Positions 17,974 to 28,204 of a stretch of 64,000 bases of DNA are shown here, one piece after another. Location: the IMG/VR virus record IMGVR_UViG_3300027816_000051, positions 224,261 to 288,260 of that record; one strand, 5' to 3'. A model generated the notes under the pieces. It was given only the letters and a program-made list of their open reading frames with translations. It was not told the DNA's origin and did no database searches. A program made the position numbers and the translations under genes. Numbering within the stretch: position 1 is the stretch's first letter; each line of letters opens with the position of its first letter.

Positions 17974-18504
17974 ATGTATAAAAATTTTAGAGTTTCAGAA
18001 GAGGAGAAAAAACAAATTCTTGAAATGCACCAATCAAATGGATATAACGCCGCAAGTAATTTAATTAACGAACAAGGTGGACAAGACCCCGCTTGGATTA
18101 AACAATCCGACTCAAATCTTAATTTTACTTCAAAAGCAAAAATGGGAATTGAGGATGGAACTCAGGCGACTTATGTGGCTGGTGGGTCGGGAGACGACAG
18201 TTTTGTAATTATTATCCCAAAAGGAAGTAAATTTAAAGTATCTCCAAGTGGTTCATTCCTTTTGTCAATAGGATATCTTGTGAGTAAAACCGCACTATTT
18301 CAAAATGGACTTCAACCCGCAACACTTTTCACTGATAATTTAGCAGTGTCAAAAGCACTTCATAGTGGTAAATTAAATGCAAGGGCGGTTAATATTGCAG
18401 GAACTGTTGATGGAAATATAATTTATGAGGGGGGTTCAACAGCGTTTAGATTACCTAACACTGGTGAAGCTTTATCTCAGAGAATTCAAAAATCTTTTGC
18501 ATAA
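17974..18504 (+). CDS. Hypothetical protein with leader motif
   Basis: FRVSEEEKKQILEMH...LINEQ. Confidence 0.75.
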   Translation: MYKNFRVSEEEKKQILEMHQSNGYNAASNLINEQGGQDPAWIKQSDSNLNFTSKAKMGIEDGTQATYVAGGSGDDSFVIIIPKGSKFKVSPSGSFLLSIGYLVSKTALFQNGLQPATLFTDNLAVSKALHSGKLNARAVNIAGTVDGNIIYEGGSTAFRLPNTGEALSQRIQKSFA

Positions 18505-18526
18505 GTAAAAACATTTATTAAATATA

Positions 18527-18553
18527 AAAGGGGAGTTAAACTCCCCTTTTTTT
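18527..18553. terminator. Bidirectional terminator
   Basis: aaaggggag-ttaaa-ctcccctttt between convergent genes; near copy at 20527-20549. Confidence 0.8.
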
Positions 18554-19095
18554 TATTTTACCAATATCATAAAATTATAGGTCTTATCACTGTAATTCTG
18601 TGAGAAAAAAACACCAACCGTTTTTGAAGACGGATTTGTTAAATCGGAAAACAAATCAGAATCTAACGACATAACATCTAATAGATAATCACAAAACTTT
18701 AATTCTTTATTTTCAAAGTGCGCAACATACCCATACTCACTGAACAATCCGTATGTTCCCCATGTAAATCCTTGAGATAAAGGTAAACCATTTAAATTGG
18801 ATACTGTGAGATAATCACTAATATCACAACTGAAGGTCACCTCATTTACACCGTTTTCACTTCTTAAGTTATTAATTGACGTTAGAACACTTTGAATAAC
18901 TAATTGTTGGTTGAGACCATATTCGGTGATTGGGGATGTCTTATCTTCTTGTAAAGGTATAATCTTAATCGACCAATCACCGTTATCCACATATGTAATA
19001 ATATCTGATTTAAATCTTTTCTGAATATCAGAAGTTTGACCAAAAGAGTTTAGTACCATTACCAAACTAACACACAAAACAACTACATTTTTCAT
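18553..19095 (-). CDS. Secreted protein, degenerate CAP/SCP-like domain
   Basis: Signal peptide ending SFG-Q; INNLRSENG; host-type promoter 19118-19148. Confidence 0.6.
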   Translation of the reverse strand: MKNVVVLCVSLVMVLNSFGQTSDIQKRFKSDIITYVDNGDWSIKIIPLQEDKTSPITEYGLNQQLVIQSVLTSINNLRSENGVNEVTFSCDISDYLTVSNLNGLPLSQGFTWGTYGLFSEYGYVAHFENKELKFCDYLLDVMSLDSDLFSDLTNPSSKTVGVFFSQNYSDKTYNFMILVK

Positions 19096-19231
19096 AACTT
19101 TTGTTTTAATATTTGAACAAAGTTATATATATTTTTAATATATCCAAATTTTTTTTGAAATATTTTTAAAAAAAAATAATCATGGGTGTCTAATATATTT
19201 CTTGATATTTATATTATAAAGAAGAAAATTC

Positions 19232-20524
19232 ATGAGAAAAGTAATACGATTAACAGAATCGGACTTAGTGGAGGTTGTTAAAAATATTTTATTAGAACAA
19301 AATTATTCAGAGATACAAGGAACCACTGACCCTACACCAATTGCAAAACTTTCGGTTTTAACTGATGCTGGTCTACCGGCTGATAATAATAATTTTAGGG
19401 GGAGATGGGTTTTAGAACAACCAAACATAGGTAAAACTTTTAGTGAAACAAAAAATTTAAGTCTATTTAGAAATTTAACACCAAAATCACCCGCTGGTGG
19501 TGAGAATTATATTGAGATGATGGTACAAAAATTTATACCTAATGAACTAAATCCTGATAAAACAATTAAAAAGAAAGGTTATCCCGATACGAGTACCCCA
19601 CCTGTTGTAGAATCTTTAACTAATAGTGGTTCAAAAACATTTAATGTTAAATACAAAGACCCCGATGGTAAACATACTTGGAGTCTCATTAGGATAGTAG
19701 CATCAGGTAATGGTTTGTTAGCCTTATCTAGAGCGTTATTAGAAGCTCAAGGAACACCAAATAAAATTACAATTGGTATGTCACAAACTAAAAGGGCTAG
19801 CGGTAGTTATGTATATAATGCGGCAAAAATTGGTAATATCACACCAACGTTGAATCTAATATCGAATATGGTAACCGCATCCATTATTACTAAGAGTGGG
19901 TTACTTTCTCCAACATTAAAACAATACGTCAGTGGTGATATGGTTAGTATTGGTACATATTTTAACAGGTCTAACGAAGACATTGCAAAATTAATCGCGA
20001 ATTCGTTATACTTTTTTGATACATTTTTTATTCCCGAAAACGAAATTCAGGTTTTCAGAAAAAAAACAGATTCGTCAGGAAAGTTACTTTTACCAAACTA
20101 TAATTCTCAACCTTTTTTAGATTTGATAAACACAATGCCAGTGTTTAATGACATCCAAGGGTTGGTGGATGGACAAGGTGGATACCAAAAATGGAAAAAT
20201 GTTGAACCAGAGGTTATAAAATTATATGACAAATATAATGAATTAATTAAAAATGCTGTTGTTGAACAATACAAGAAAAGATTATTAGCATTTTTTACTG
20301 ATGTTTATAAAGACGCAAATCAAGCAAATCAACTTGTAAGTTCGACACAATTTAGGTCTGCTAGTATAAAAATTGAGGGTGCATTTAACAACGCGGTCGA
20401 AGGTGTGAAATACACAGGTACGGTAAAAATTGATAATGCAACATCAAAAACAACGGCTAACACCTATGAAGTCGGTAAATCAAAACCTATTACAAATACC
20501 CCAAAACAACCTAACCAAAAATAA
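19232..20524 (+). CDS. Putative virion protein with leader motif
   Basis: MRKVIRLTESDLVEVVKNILLEQ. Confidence 0.75.
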   Translation: MRKVIRLTESDLVEVVKNILLEQNYSEIQGTTDPTPIAKLSVLTDAGLPADNNNFRGRWVLEQPNIGKTFSETKNLSLFRNLTPKSPAGGENYIEMMVQKFIPNELNPDKTIKKKGYPDTSTPPVVESLTNSGSKTFNVKYKDPDGKHTWSLIRIVASGNGLLALSRALLEAQGTPNKITIGMSQTKRASGSYVYNAAKIGNITPTLNLISNMVTASIITKSGLLSPTLKQYVSGDMVSIGTYFNRSNEDIAKLIANSLYFFDTFFIPENEIQVFRKKTDSSGKLLLPNYNSQPFLDLINTMPVFNDIQGLVDGQGGYQKWKNVEPEVIKLYDKYNELIKNAVVEQYKKRLLAFFTDVYKDANQANQLVSSTQFRSASIKIEGAFNNAVEGVKYTGTVKIDNATSKTTANTYEVGKSKPITNTPKQPNQK

Positions 20525-20554
20525 AAAAAGGGAGTTTAAACTCCCTTTTGTTTT

Positions 20555-20995
20555 TTATAAACCGGCTTCCCAAGTTATAAGATGGTCATCTTGGGGTAAA
20601 GAAACTTTCACAGAGTCCTGTCCAATAAATTTAATGTAACCATTTAACTTATCACCGATAATTTGAATGGTTATGGTATTCATGTCGTCATTTTTGTAGT
20701 ATTGTGAAACTTTATAACCACGACATTCACCTTTTAGGTTCATAACAATCACGGAATCTGGTTTGATATCCATGGGTGTTTTACGTCTCACCAAAATACG
20801 GTCGGCATAAATCAATGGGTCAGTTATTCTTTCTTCAAGATTATCATCCTCCATTGGGGTTATCTTCAACCCATTCTTGATTTCAACCAACTTAATTGGA
20901 TAAATCAAATCCACCGATGAATCGGTTTCGTTTTCTTGTCCAAACAATACCACTGAAGACAAGATGAAGACGGCGATTAATGATAATTTTTTCAT
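20555..20995 (-). CDS. Secreted hypothetical protein
   Basis: Signal peptide ending LFG-Q; host-type promoter 21018-21049. Confidence 0.75.
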   Translation of the reverse strand: MKKLSLIAVFILSSVVLFGQENETDSSVDLIYPIKLVEIKNGLKITPMEDDNLEERITDPLIYADRILVRRKTPMDIKPDSVIVMNLKGECRGYKVSQYYKNDDMNTITIQIIGDKLNGYIKFIGQDSVKVSLPQDDHLITWEAGL

Positions 20996-21118
20996 GACTT
21001 TAATTAATTTGTTGATTCAAAGGTATGGCGACTTTTAGAATATTCCAAATTTTTTTCAAATATTTTTAAAAAAAAATCGTAACTAATTCAAAATCAACTT
21101 ATTAAATTTGAAAATATT

Positions 21119-21457
21119 TTACCAAAATAGTTGTATACATATCATTGCCACTGCTAAAATCAAGGTAATTACGGTCTTTAAAGTCATAACCTCGGAAAAT
21201 AACCACATAGACATAAAGGTGAAAACAATCATTCCTGACGCAAAACCTATAAGTCTCGCTGGCCATAACTGAAACCCAAAATATGTTACAATAAGTCGAA
21301 CTGATTCTAAGGTCAGTAACATTGCGGGTACCCCAAAAATAAAAAGACTAATTATTTTGTTATCGTTCATCCATTTATATTTCAAAGGTCCCTGATATTG
21401 TATAAATGTTAAAATGTGAGCACAAATAGCATAGACTAGTCCTAAAATTAAATTCAT
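21119..21457 (-). CDS. 4-TM membrane protein (DMT-like size and topology)
   Basis: Four hydrophobic helices in 112 aa. Confidence 0.6.
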   Translation of the reverse strand: MNLILGLVYAICAHILTFIQYQGPLKYKWMNDNKIISLFIFGVPAMLLTLESVRLIVTYFGFQLWPARLIGFASGMIVFTFMSMWLFSEVMTLKTVITLILAVAMICIQLFW

Positions 21458-21552
21458 GTATTAAAGATACGAATTATTTCTATCAAATCAAAATATAAAA
21501 AATATTTTAAAATTTTTTTGGATATTCCAAAAATATGTTTTATGTTTGTGGT

Positions 21553-22224
21553 ATGAAAAGATTGATTCTGATATTATTATTGGTGAAGTCACAAATTGTT
21601 GTCTCTCAAACAAATCGTATCTCACAAGACTCTATTAATATCTATTTTCAAAATATTGTCAACGAGTATAGGGTTAACAATAACCTAAGTAGTTTATCTA
21701 TTGATACCACATTAAGTCCTTTTACAAAAAATTGGTCGGAGTACATGTTTAAACAAAATTATTGTGGACATGGTGTTGGCGACGAATCATTTGAAAATCG
21801 AGCAATTAATTTTGTATCTATAAGAGAACTTTATTGTGTTGAAAACGTGGCGGGTCCGTGGGATTTTACCAAAGACTTACCATATGATGTTGAAGACCCA
21901 AGTTACACATATTATACTAAAATTGGATTGGATGGTCTCGATTACAAATACAAATTAACCAGCACCGAAATACACACTTTATTGGATGTTGAAAATAAAA
22001 TAGGTGAAGGTGTAAACACCAACAAAAATATTGCAGTTTTCGTTTTTTATCTATGGAAAAACTCACCATCTCACAACGAAGCGTTATTAGATTATCAAAC
22101 AACTAAATTCTATGTTTCCATAACATATGTTGGTACAAAAATAACAGCGTCGTATTTAGCCACAAGTTCCCCGAAACCAATAAGTAAAAAAAGACAGGGA
22201 TGGTTAAGTAAATTATGTCGTTAG
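21553..22224 (+). CDS. Secreted CAP/SCP domain protein
   Basis: VNEYRVNNNL...GH...ENVA...WKNSPSHNEALL; signal peptide; TATGTTTG at 21541-21548. Confidence 0.8.
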   Translation: MKRLILILLLVKSQIVVSQTNRISQDSINIYFQNIVNEYRVNNNLSSLSIDTTLSPFTKNWSEYMFKQNYCGHGVGDESFENRAINFVSIRELYCVENVAGPWDFTKDLPYDVEDPSYTYYTKIGLDGLDYKYKLTSTEIHTLLDVENKIGEGVNTNKNIAVFVFYLWKNSPSHNEALLDYQTTKFYVSITYVGTKITASYLATSSPKPISKKRQGWLSKLCR

Positions 22225-22265
22225 ATTTATAACAATTAAATGAGATATTTATAAATAAAAAAGTC

Positions 22266-22727
22266 ATGACCCAAATTATAGTAACAGAAACGCAGTTAAA
22301 GAACCTCACAAGAAGATTAAACGAAGATTCTATGGATAGTAAGTATAGAATGGAATGTAAAGCCGACGTTGATTATTATAAAGTAATGTACAACGGTATG
22401 GAAATTGAATATGTATATCCATTAAATATTAACGTAAATTTTGACATCGATTTAGAGGGAAGAAGTTATGGTATTAAAAGTGTATCCGTATATAATATCG
22501 TTGGTCCATCTGAAGTAGAAATGGAGATAGAATACTACCCTGAAAATAGTGATGATTCAGTAGATGAAACCGTTGTTGTGCCACTAAATTGGGATAATGT
22601 TGTAATAGATAAGGATGAGAATTTGGGTTATATTGGTATTGGTGATATTATACAAATTTCATTGAAAAATGATGAGAGTGGTAAAATCGTTTGTGATACC
22701 ATTACAGTAAGTAGTTTCTCTATATAA
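22266..22727 (+). CDS. Hypothetical protein with leader motif
   Basis: MTQIIVTETQLKNL...LNED. Confidence 0.75.
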   Translation: MTQIIVTETQLKNLTRRLNEDSMDSKYRMECKADVDYYKVMYNGMEIEYVYPLNINVNFDIDLEGRSYGIKSVSVYNIVGPSEVEMEIEYYPENSDDSVDETVVVPLNWDNVVIDKDENLGYIGIGDIIQISLKNDESGKIVCDTITVSSFSI

Positions 22728-22762
22728 TCTTTACATTTTTTTAAAGTAATCGTATACTTATA

Positions 22763-22850
22763 ATAGACCTTGTGGTTGAAGTCGAAGTGTCCTCGTGATA
22801 TTTGAGTTGGAATTGATACCAACGAATTCGGGTTCAAATACAAAAAAATA
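22763..22850 (+). promoter_or_regulatory. Structured 5' leader complementary to the gene's 3' UTR
   Basis: 22763-22778 pairs with 23661-23676; internal hairpin ~22799-22840; TTTACA-N17-TATACT at 22730-22758. Confidence 0.55.
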
Positions 22851-22858
22851 TAAGGAAT

Positions 22859-23653
22859 ATGAATTACACAACCTCAAACAGGTATGCTGTACCTCAATCT
22901 TTTATTACAAGAAGTAAACAAAGATTAAAACAGCACGTAGACACCGTATACATGAATAACGGTGATGAGTTCGAAATCGAACTTTACAATCCCACACAAA
23001 ATAAAGTTTTAGCTAAGATTGAACTGAATGGTAAATCCATCGGTAATGGTATCATAGTTCGTCCTGGTGAAAGAGTTTTCCTCGAAAGGTACTTAGACGA
23101 AGCGAGAAAGTTTTTGTTTGAAACTTATGTTGTAAATGGGAATAATGAAGAAGTCCAAAAATCCATAGAGAATAATGGTGACGTTGTTGTCAGATTTTAC
23201 GATGAAGTATCAACATACCCGTATTATGGTAGTATTCCCACTTGGAATAGTAATTGGAATAATAGTGGAACCCTTAGTTATCCACCGGGTGTAAGAACCT
23301 TTACAACAAATAATATGAATTCTATTAGTTCTTCATCATCTAATTATTCATATGTGAATGATACCATCACCAGTAGTATTGATGTGAACCTTAACATTCC
23401 AAAATTAAAAAAGAGTAAAGAAAGACACATTGAAACTGGTAGAGTTGAGAAAGGTTCTGAGTCAAACCAAACTTTTGTTTATGACAACAGTAATTTTAAC
23501 TCTTTTCCATGTAAAACAAATTGGTGGAAAATAAAACCAAATTCAACCAAAGTGATGGTTCGGGAAGATTTAACTGTTTACTGTACTGAATGTGGCTCAA
23601 AAAGAAAAAAAGATTCTCATAAATTTTGTCCCCATTGCGGAACAAAATATTAA
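22859..23653 (+). CDS. Conserved phage protein with C-terminal zinc ribbon
   Basis: EFEIELYNPT...FLERYLD...; CTECG...FCPHCG. Confidence 0.75.
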   Translation: MNYTTSNRYAVPQSFITRSKQRLKQHVDTVYMNNGDEFEIELYNPTQNKVLAKIELNGKSIGNGIIVRPGERVFLERYLDEARKFLFETYVVNGNNEEVQKSIENNGDVVVRFYDEVSTYPYYGSIPTWNSNWNNSGTLSYPPGVRTFTTNNMNSISSSSSNYSYVNDTITSSIDVNLNIPKLKKSKERHIETGRVEKGSESNQTFVYDNSNFNSFPCKTNWWKIKPNSTKVMVREDLTVYCTECGSKRKKDSHKFCPHCGTKY

Positions 23654-23677
23654 AATAAACTAATCACAAGGTCTATG

Positions 23678-23703
23678 AAGGGGTTACAGGTTGTAACCCT
23701 TTC
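23678..23703. terminator. Terminator hairpin
   Basis: gggttac-aggtt-gtaaccc between convergent genes. Confidence 0.7.
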
Positions 23704-23997
23704 TTATTTAAAATCAACAGGTATTGATTTTATATCACTAATCGTGATATTTTTTAAACCCAACGTACCGTGTGAAATTGGTGCGAATACACCTTGGGTA
23801 TGTAGGAATTGAAAATAATAATATAGGTACGTTGGGTCAATTTTGTTAAGGTATTCTTCTTTTACTTTAACACCAATGTTCTCTTCATAAAACTCCTTTG
23901 AGGGTTTACCGACACTTTGTTCGGAACCTTTTCTTTGTAACCAAAAATCGGCTTCGGGAAAATTGGTTTTAAATATACATACATCTCCTATTCTCAT
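23704..23997 (-). CDS. Small protein resembling a type I R-M HsdS target-recognition fragment
   Basis: IDPTYLYYYF...GT...NITISDIKSIPV. Confidence 0.45.
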   Translation of the reverse strand: MRIGDVCIFKTNFPEADFWLQRKGSEQSVGKPSKEFYEENIGVKVKEEYLNKIDPTYLYYYFQFLHTQGVFAPISHGTLGLKNITISDIKSIPVDFK

Positions 23998-25598
23998 AAT
24001 TCTGAAAGTCTATCGTTTAAATAACTGTTGAAATCGTTATCATCAATATCTGGTGACCATCTGTCGTCAATATAGAATCTTGGTTTTTCATAGTACTCAC
24101 CTAGTAATTCATGAAAAACACATTGGGCATCATCGTCACATTTTTCAAAAAACTCATCCATTTCATCTTCACCATAACCCATGTTATCTATTATGTTTTT
24201 TAAATTAATTCGTATGGTTGCACCTCTATCATTTAGACTTAAAACATCTCCGTAATCACTAAGTGCGTTTCGTAGTTGCTTCATTGCATAATCATAGTAA
24301 GATGAATTTGCGGAATCGGAAAACGCCGAACCTAATGCACCTCGAACTTCATAGTTATCGTCATACTCTTCTATTAATTCATCTATAGACATGTTTGGTT
24401 CAAATTCTTCACCTGCTCTATCTCTAAGATAATCAATGATTGTTCTTTTATTATCTTCGTCTGCATGGTATTCTAACGCAGATTTCCAATCATCATAATA
24501 CCCATCAGTTAATTCCCATATATCACCTGATAATAAAGTCTCGATAAAACCTATTTTTTTTGTACGACCACTGGCATCTCTCGATTGTCTAATGGTCCAA
24601 TCCCCCTCAACGTAATATGGAACAGAATCCGGTTCAATATCCCAATCAAAAACCGTATCGGGTTCTTGAAAATCTTGGGTTATACCCATCTTCTGTAGTT
24701 TTCTTTTTAGTTTACGAGTGTTGAATATTTCAGGTTTAGATTGATATATCTGTGTAATTTGTTCATCAGATAAATCGGCAATACTGAAATCATCACCACT
24801 ATTGTATTCACTACCAAAACCTTTTACGATGTCTGTATTTAAAATTAAATCAACAACATAGGGATAAAATTCTGGTTTTGGTTTACTATTTTTAGGACCT
24901 TTTAATTGATAAACAATCCCATCCTCATCACCAATCGCGGCGGTTAAATGACTTTTGTTGACTGTGTAATTATCTTTAAGTTTTTTTGTTTCTCTTAACG
25001 AGAATATCGTGTTACTTGAATTTGTTCTACCACAGTGACCCATGCGGTTACATTCTTCTCTTGAATCATTCGTATTTAAATCCACCCAATAGAAACCAAC
25101 ACCGTCTTTATTTCTGTAGTCTTTTACGATGTCGTTTTTTTCAACATAATTAATATCTCCTTCTCCTGAAGTTAACTCTTGGTGCCACTTTCTTGATTCA
25201 TTGTAAAGTTGACCAAAATTTAAGTTTTTATTATCACCCAAATTTCCGTTTAAACCAATGCGTATCCAGTCCATTATTGATACGATATTACTTCTCATAC
25301 CTCTAACACCAGCACTTTTATTTATTGCGTCGATACCCATTTTTCTTCTATACTCAGGGTCTTTTCTAAAAGTTTCTCTGGCTTGTTTTTCTTCATCTTC
25401 AGGTACCGCACTCATCATATGTTCTAATCTTTGTTGTGCGAATACATCGATTAATTTATTGGCTAATATGATTGATAACGGACCCCCCAATTCTTCTATT
25501 TGGTCAGCATTATCTTGACTCAAACCAAGTTTGTTTACCAATATATCTTTCCTATTGGCTTCAAGAATTAATTGCTCAATTAAATTTATTGTCTTCAT
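23994..25598 (-). CDS. PcfJ-like domain protein with acidic C-terminal region
   Basis: ECNRMGHCG...IFSLR...VYQLKGPKNSKP. Confidence 0.55.
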   Translation of the reverse strand: MKTINLIEQLILEANRKDILVNKLGLSQDNADQIEELGGPLSIILANKLIDVFAQQRLEHMMSAVPEDEEKQARETFRKDPEYRRKMGIDAINKSAGVRGMRSNIVSIMDWIRIGLNGNLGDNKNLNFGQLYNESRKWHQELTSGEGDINYVEKNDIVKDYRNKDGVGFYWVDLNTNDSREECNRMGHCGRTNSSNTIFSLRETKKLKDNYTVNKSHLTAAIGDEDGIVYQLKGPKNSKPKPEFYPYVVDLILNTDIVKGFGSEYNSGDDFSIADLSDEQITQIYQSKPEIFNTRKLKRKLQKMGITQDFQEPDTVFDWDIEPDSVPYYVEGDWTIRQSRDASGRTKKIGFIETLLSGDIWELTDGYYDDWKSALEYHADEDNKRTIIDYLRDRAGEEFEPNMSIDELIEEYDDNYEVRGALGSAFSDSANSSYYDYAMKQLRNALSDYGDVLSLNDRGATIRINLKNIIDNMGYGEDEMDEFFEKCDDDAQCVFHELLGEYYEKPRFYIDDRWSPDIDDNDFNSYLNDRLSEL

Positions 25599-27412
25599 CT
25601 AAATCTCTTAAAAGAAAGAATACTTTCAAATAGTTTATAATTAGTTCCGTAAGATGCTAAATTTTCCACCTTTACCGGCCCATCAAACCTTTCTCCCGTA
25701 TTTTTATTATAGTAAGTTATATTAATACTTTCTTTTTCACAGTCAATTTTTAATGATGGGATGGATATTAAAAACTCGTCGTTATCTATTCTTGTTTGAC
25801 CTTTAAAAACATTTTGGATGGTGTTATTTAATATGTTTCTGAGTTCACCACATCTTTTAATACCCTCACTGTTTTCTATTATGTTTTCAAAATAATTCTC
25901 AATAAAAGTTTTCATTTCATCGTAGGTTACGTTTTCTTGTTGGTAATCCCAAATACCTTCATAATCGTTATCTATGTCATAATAACTTACATATTCGTTT
26001 AAAACGTCTTCCATAAGTTCATTAGTCCCGTCAATTGACGTATATCCTTTTTTAACTAAGAACAATAAAAAATAAGGTATTCTAACAATGACTTTATCCT
26101 CTCTATATCTGTAATCAAAATCTATATATTTTTCAATAGCATCAACTTCGAGTTGAACCGCATCCTCATAAAAACCATAATTTTTATTAACAAACAATGA
26201 TGAGTAATCATCCCATAAACTTTCACTCTCAACAAAATTATCGTATTGTTCTGATTTAAATTGTTCAAAATTCAAATAACCAAGATTTGATTTTATTTCA
26301 CTTTCATTTTGTTTATAATATTCCTCTAAATATTCTTCGAGGGTTGACTTGATATAATCACCGTCTTCGTTATTCATCCTATCCCACAACATCTCATATC
26401 CTGATTGTGCTTCAGCTTGGTAATAAGTTAAAGTATCTTTTGTTGTTTGAAGACTACCGCCGTAGTCTGACTTAAATGATAATATAAAATTTTCTCTATC
26501 TATTTCAAAATCACTAATGTCATTATCGGTTATTAACTCTCTTAATTTATCTTCATCTTTTTGAACAAAAGCCATAATCAAAGGATTTGATTGTGCCGTT
26601 TTTGAGATTATTTTGTTTACAAGAATACCGGCATCATCTTCGTCCAATGCGTTCATTCTTGCGATTTGTTGTTTTACAATATCTTCGGGTTGGTTATCAC
26701 TTACCAAAGAAGGGAAAAAGAAATTTTTAATATCGGGATTTTCATTTAAAAATTCAGTAACATCAATTCTTTTATCATCTCGGTCCATATATTGTTTCGA
26801 TTCGAAATGGAATTGATACTTATCATTTACATCCGAATCGGATATCAAAATATATAATGGACCCTGAGTGTGGTAACGATTGAAAAGACTACCTCTGTCT
26901 TTGTGTTTTGGATTTAATGATTCTGGTCCCCACGTTGTACACCACTCGGTATTAACACCCAAAGTACACGAAGCTTTTTCTGTAAAAGGTGTAAATATTG
27001 TGAATTTTCTACCTCTGAAAAGTTCTTTATATTCTTTTTCATTGAGTGCGGAAATAATTGAACCTAAATCTTTTGTGTCTCTTGTGTAATAGTTTTTAAC
27101 AACATCATAAAGGTCTGTTAGGGATTTGATTTTAGTAACATCTAAAGCAACATTGTGTTTATAAACATATTCTAAGTACTCTTTTGCTCTTGGTAAATCT
27201 TCGAGTTTTAACCCTTTCTTTCTGTATAAGTTAATTAAAAGTTTTGCATATTTACCAATTCTTTTTAAACCTGTGTCATTTGAGATTGACATTGGGTCAG
27301 CAATCACGATTTGGTTAAACTCATCTCTTGGCAAATCATTATAATACGAATTATAAATTTCGTCAGGAGTGGCCTCCAATATAATAGACTCAATTAATTT
27401 TAATATTTTCAT
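25595..27412 (-). CDS. Large phage protein with T.WC motif
   Basis: ASCTLGVNTEWCTT...GPLYILI...KYQFHFE...MDRDD; leader LIESIILEA. Confidence 0.6.
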   Translation of the reverse strand: MKILKLIESIILEATPDEIYNSYYNDLPRDEFNQIVIADPMSISNDTGLKRIGKYAKLLINLYRKKGLKLEDLPRAKEYLEYVYKHNVALDVTKIKSLTDLYDVVKNYYTRDTKDLGSIISALNEKEYKELFRGRKFTIFTPFTEKASCTLGVNTEWCTTWGPESLNPKHKDRGSLFNRYHTQGPLYILISDSDVNDKYQFHFESKQYMDRDDKRIDVTEFLNENPDIKNFFFPSLVSDNQPEDIVKQQIARMNALDEDDAGILVNKIISKTAQSNPLIMAFVQKDEDKLRELITDNDISDFEIDRENFILSFKSDYGGSLQTTKDTLTYYQAEAQSGYEMLWDRMNNEDGDYIKSTLEEYLEEYYKQNESEIKSNLGYLNFEQFKSEQYDNFVESESLWDDYSSLFVNKNYGFYEDAVQLEVDAIEKYIDFDYRYREDKVIVRIPYFLLFLVKKGYTSIDGTNELMEDVLNEYVSYYDIDNDYEGIWDYQQENVTYDEMKTFIENYFENIIENSEGIKRCGELRNILNNTIQNVFKGQTRIDNDEFLISIPSLKIDCEKESINITYYNKNTGERFDGPVKVENLASYGTNYKLFESILSFKRFR

Positions 27413-28116
27413 TTTTTTATACCGAATTGAGGTGGGGTTAACGGTCTTACATAGGTATTATCTCTTTGTACTTGATATTGATTTTGATACAACTGAACTG
27501 TTGATGTAGGTGTTGGTGTGGGTGTTTTAATTTGTGCAGCAAATTGTTTATTTAGGTTATCTATTGAGGATTTCCATTTTGGATTTGAAGATAAATCAAA
27601 TTCCACATTTTTAGCAACATTTTTTGTATACCATTTTCCATCTTTGTAACCATATACATAAGCTTTATCACCGGGATAATTGTATTTGTAATCAACACCG
27701 AATTTACTTGTTGTGGTCGTACCTGTAGTAGTTGTTGTTTGTTTTTGTACAGGTGCCGCGACCACAGTTTCAGGTTTAAAAAATTTCTTACGGTCTAAAA
27801 CATCTTTACCCCCACCATTATAAAACTTATCATATGTACCCTGACCAAATTCTTTATCAATTTCTTGTTGTTGTAAGGGGAAAAGATATGAACCTTTAAG
27901 TCCTTTTTTATTCTGTGCCGAAACAATTAATATTTTATTAATGGCGTTTTTACTAACACCAGCAGGATACGGAATTTGTAATTTTTTAGCTTCCACATCT
28001 GTAATAGGTCCAAAACCCGCATCTAACGCCGCTTGTTGTTCTGGTGTTACATTTTCTGAAATAACTTCCCTAAGTATTCTTCTTATGGTTAAATCTATGT
28101 TTTTGTGTGATTTCAT
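27409..28116 (-). CDS. Putative virion protein with Thr-rich linkers
   Basis: IRRILREVISE; QTTTTTGTTTTS; TPTPTPTS. Confidence 0.7.
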   Translation of the reverse strand: MKSHKNIDLTIRRILREVISENVTPEQQAALDAGFGPITDVEAKKLQIPYPAGVSKNAINKILIVSAQNKKGLKGSYLFPLQQQEIDKEFGQGTYDKFYNGGGKDVLDRKKFFKPETVVAAPVQKQTTTTTGTTTTSKFGVDYKYNYPGDKAYVYGYKDGKWYTKNVAKNVEFDLSSNPKWKSSIDNLNKQFAAQIKTPTPTPTSTVQLYQNQYQVQRDNTYVRPLTPPQFGIKK

Positions 28117-28204
28117 ATTTGCACAATATATCTATAAATACCTTAAACAATATCTTTTTTCCACACTATTTATTAGTAATAATAAAACCTAATTAAATTT
28201 TAAA

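Noticed and set aside
22780-22845. tRNA suggested by GGGTTCAAAT
   Set aside because: No cloverleaf; the segment folds as one long hairpin
22763-23676. Retron a1/a2 arms or IS terminal inverted repeats
   Set aside because: The enclosed ORF has no reverse-transcriptase or transposase motifs, and no target duplication is evident
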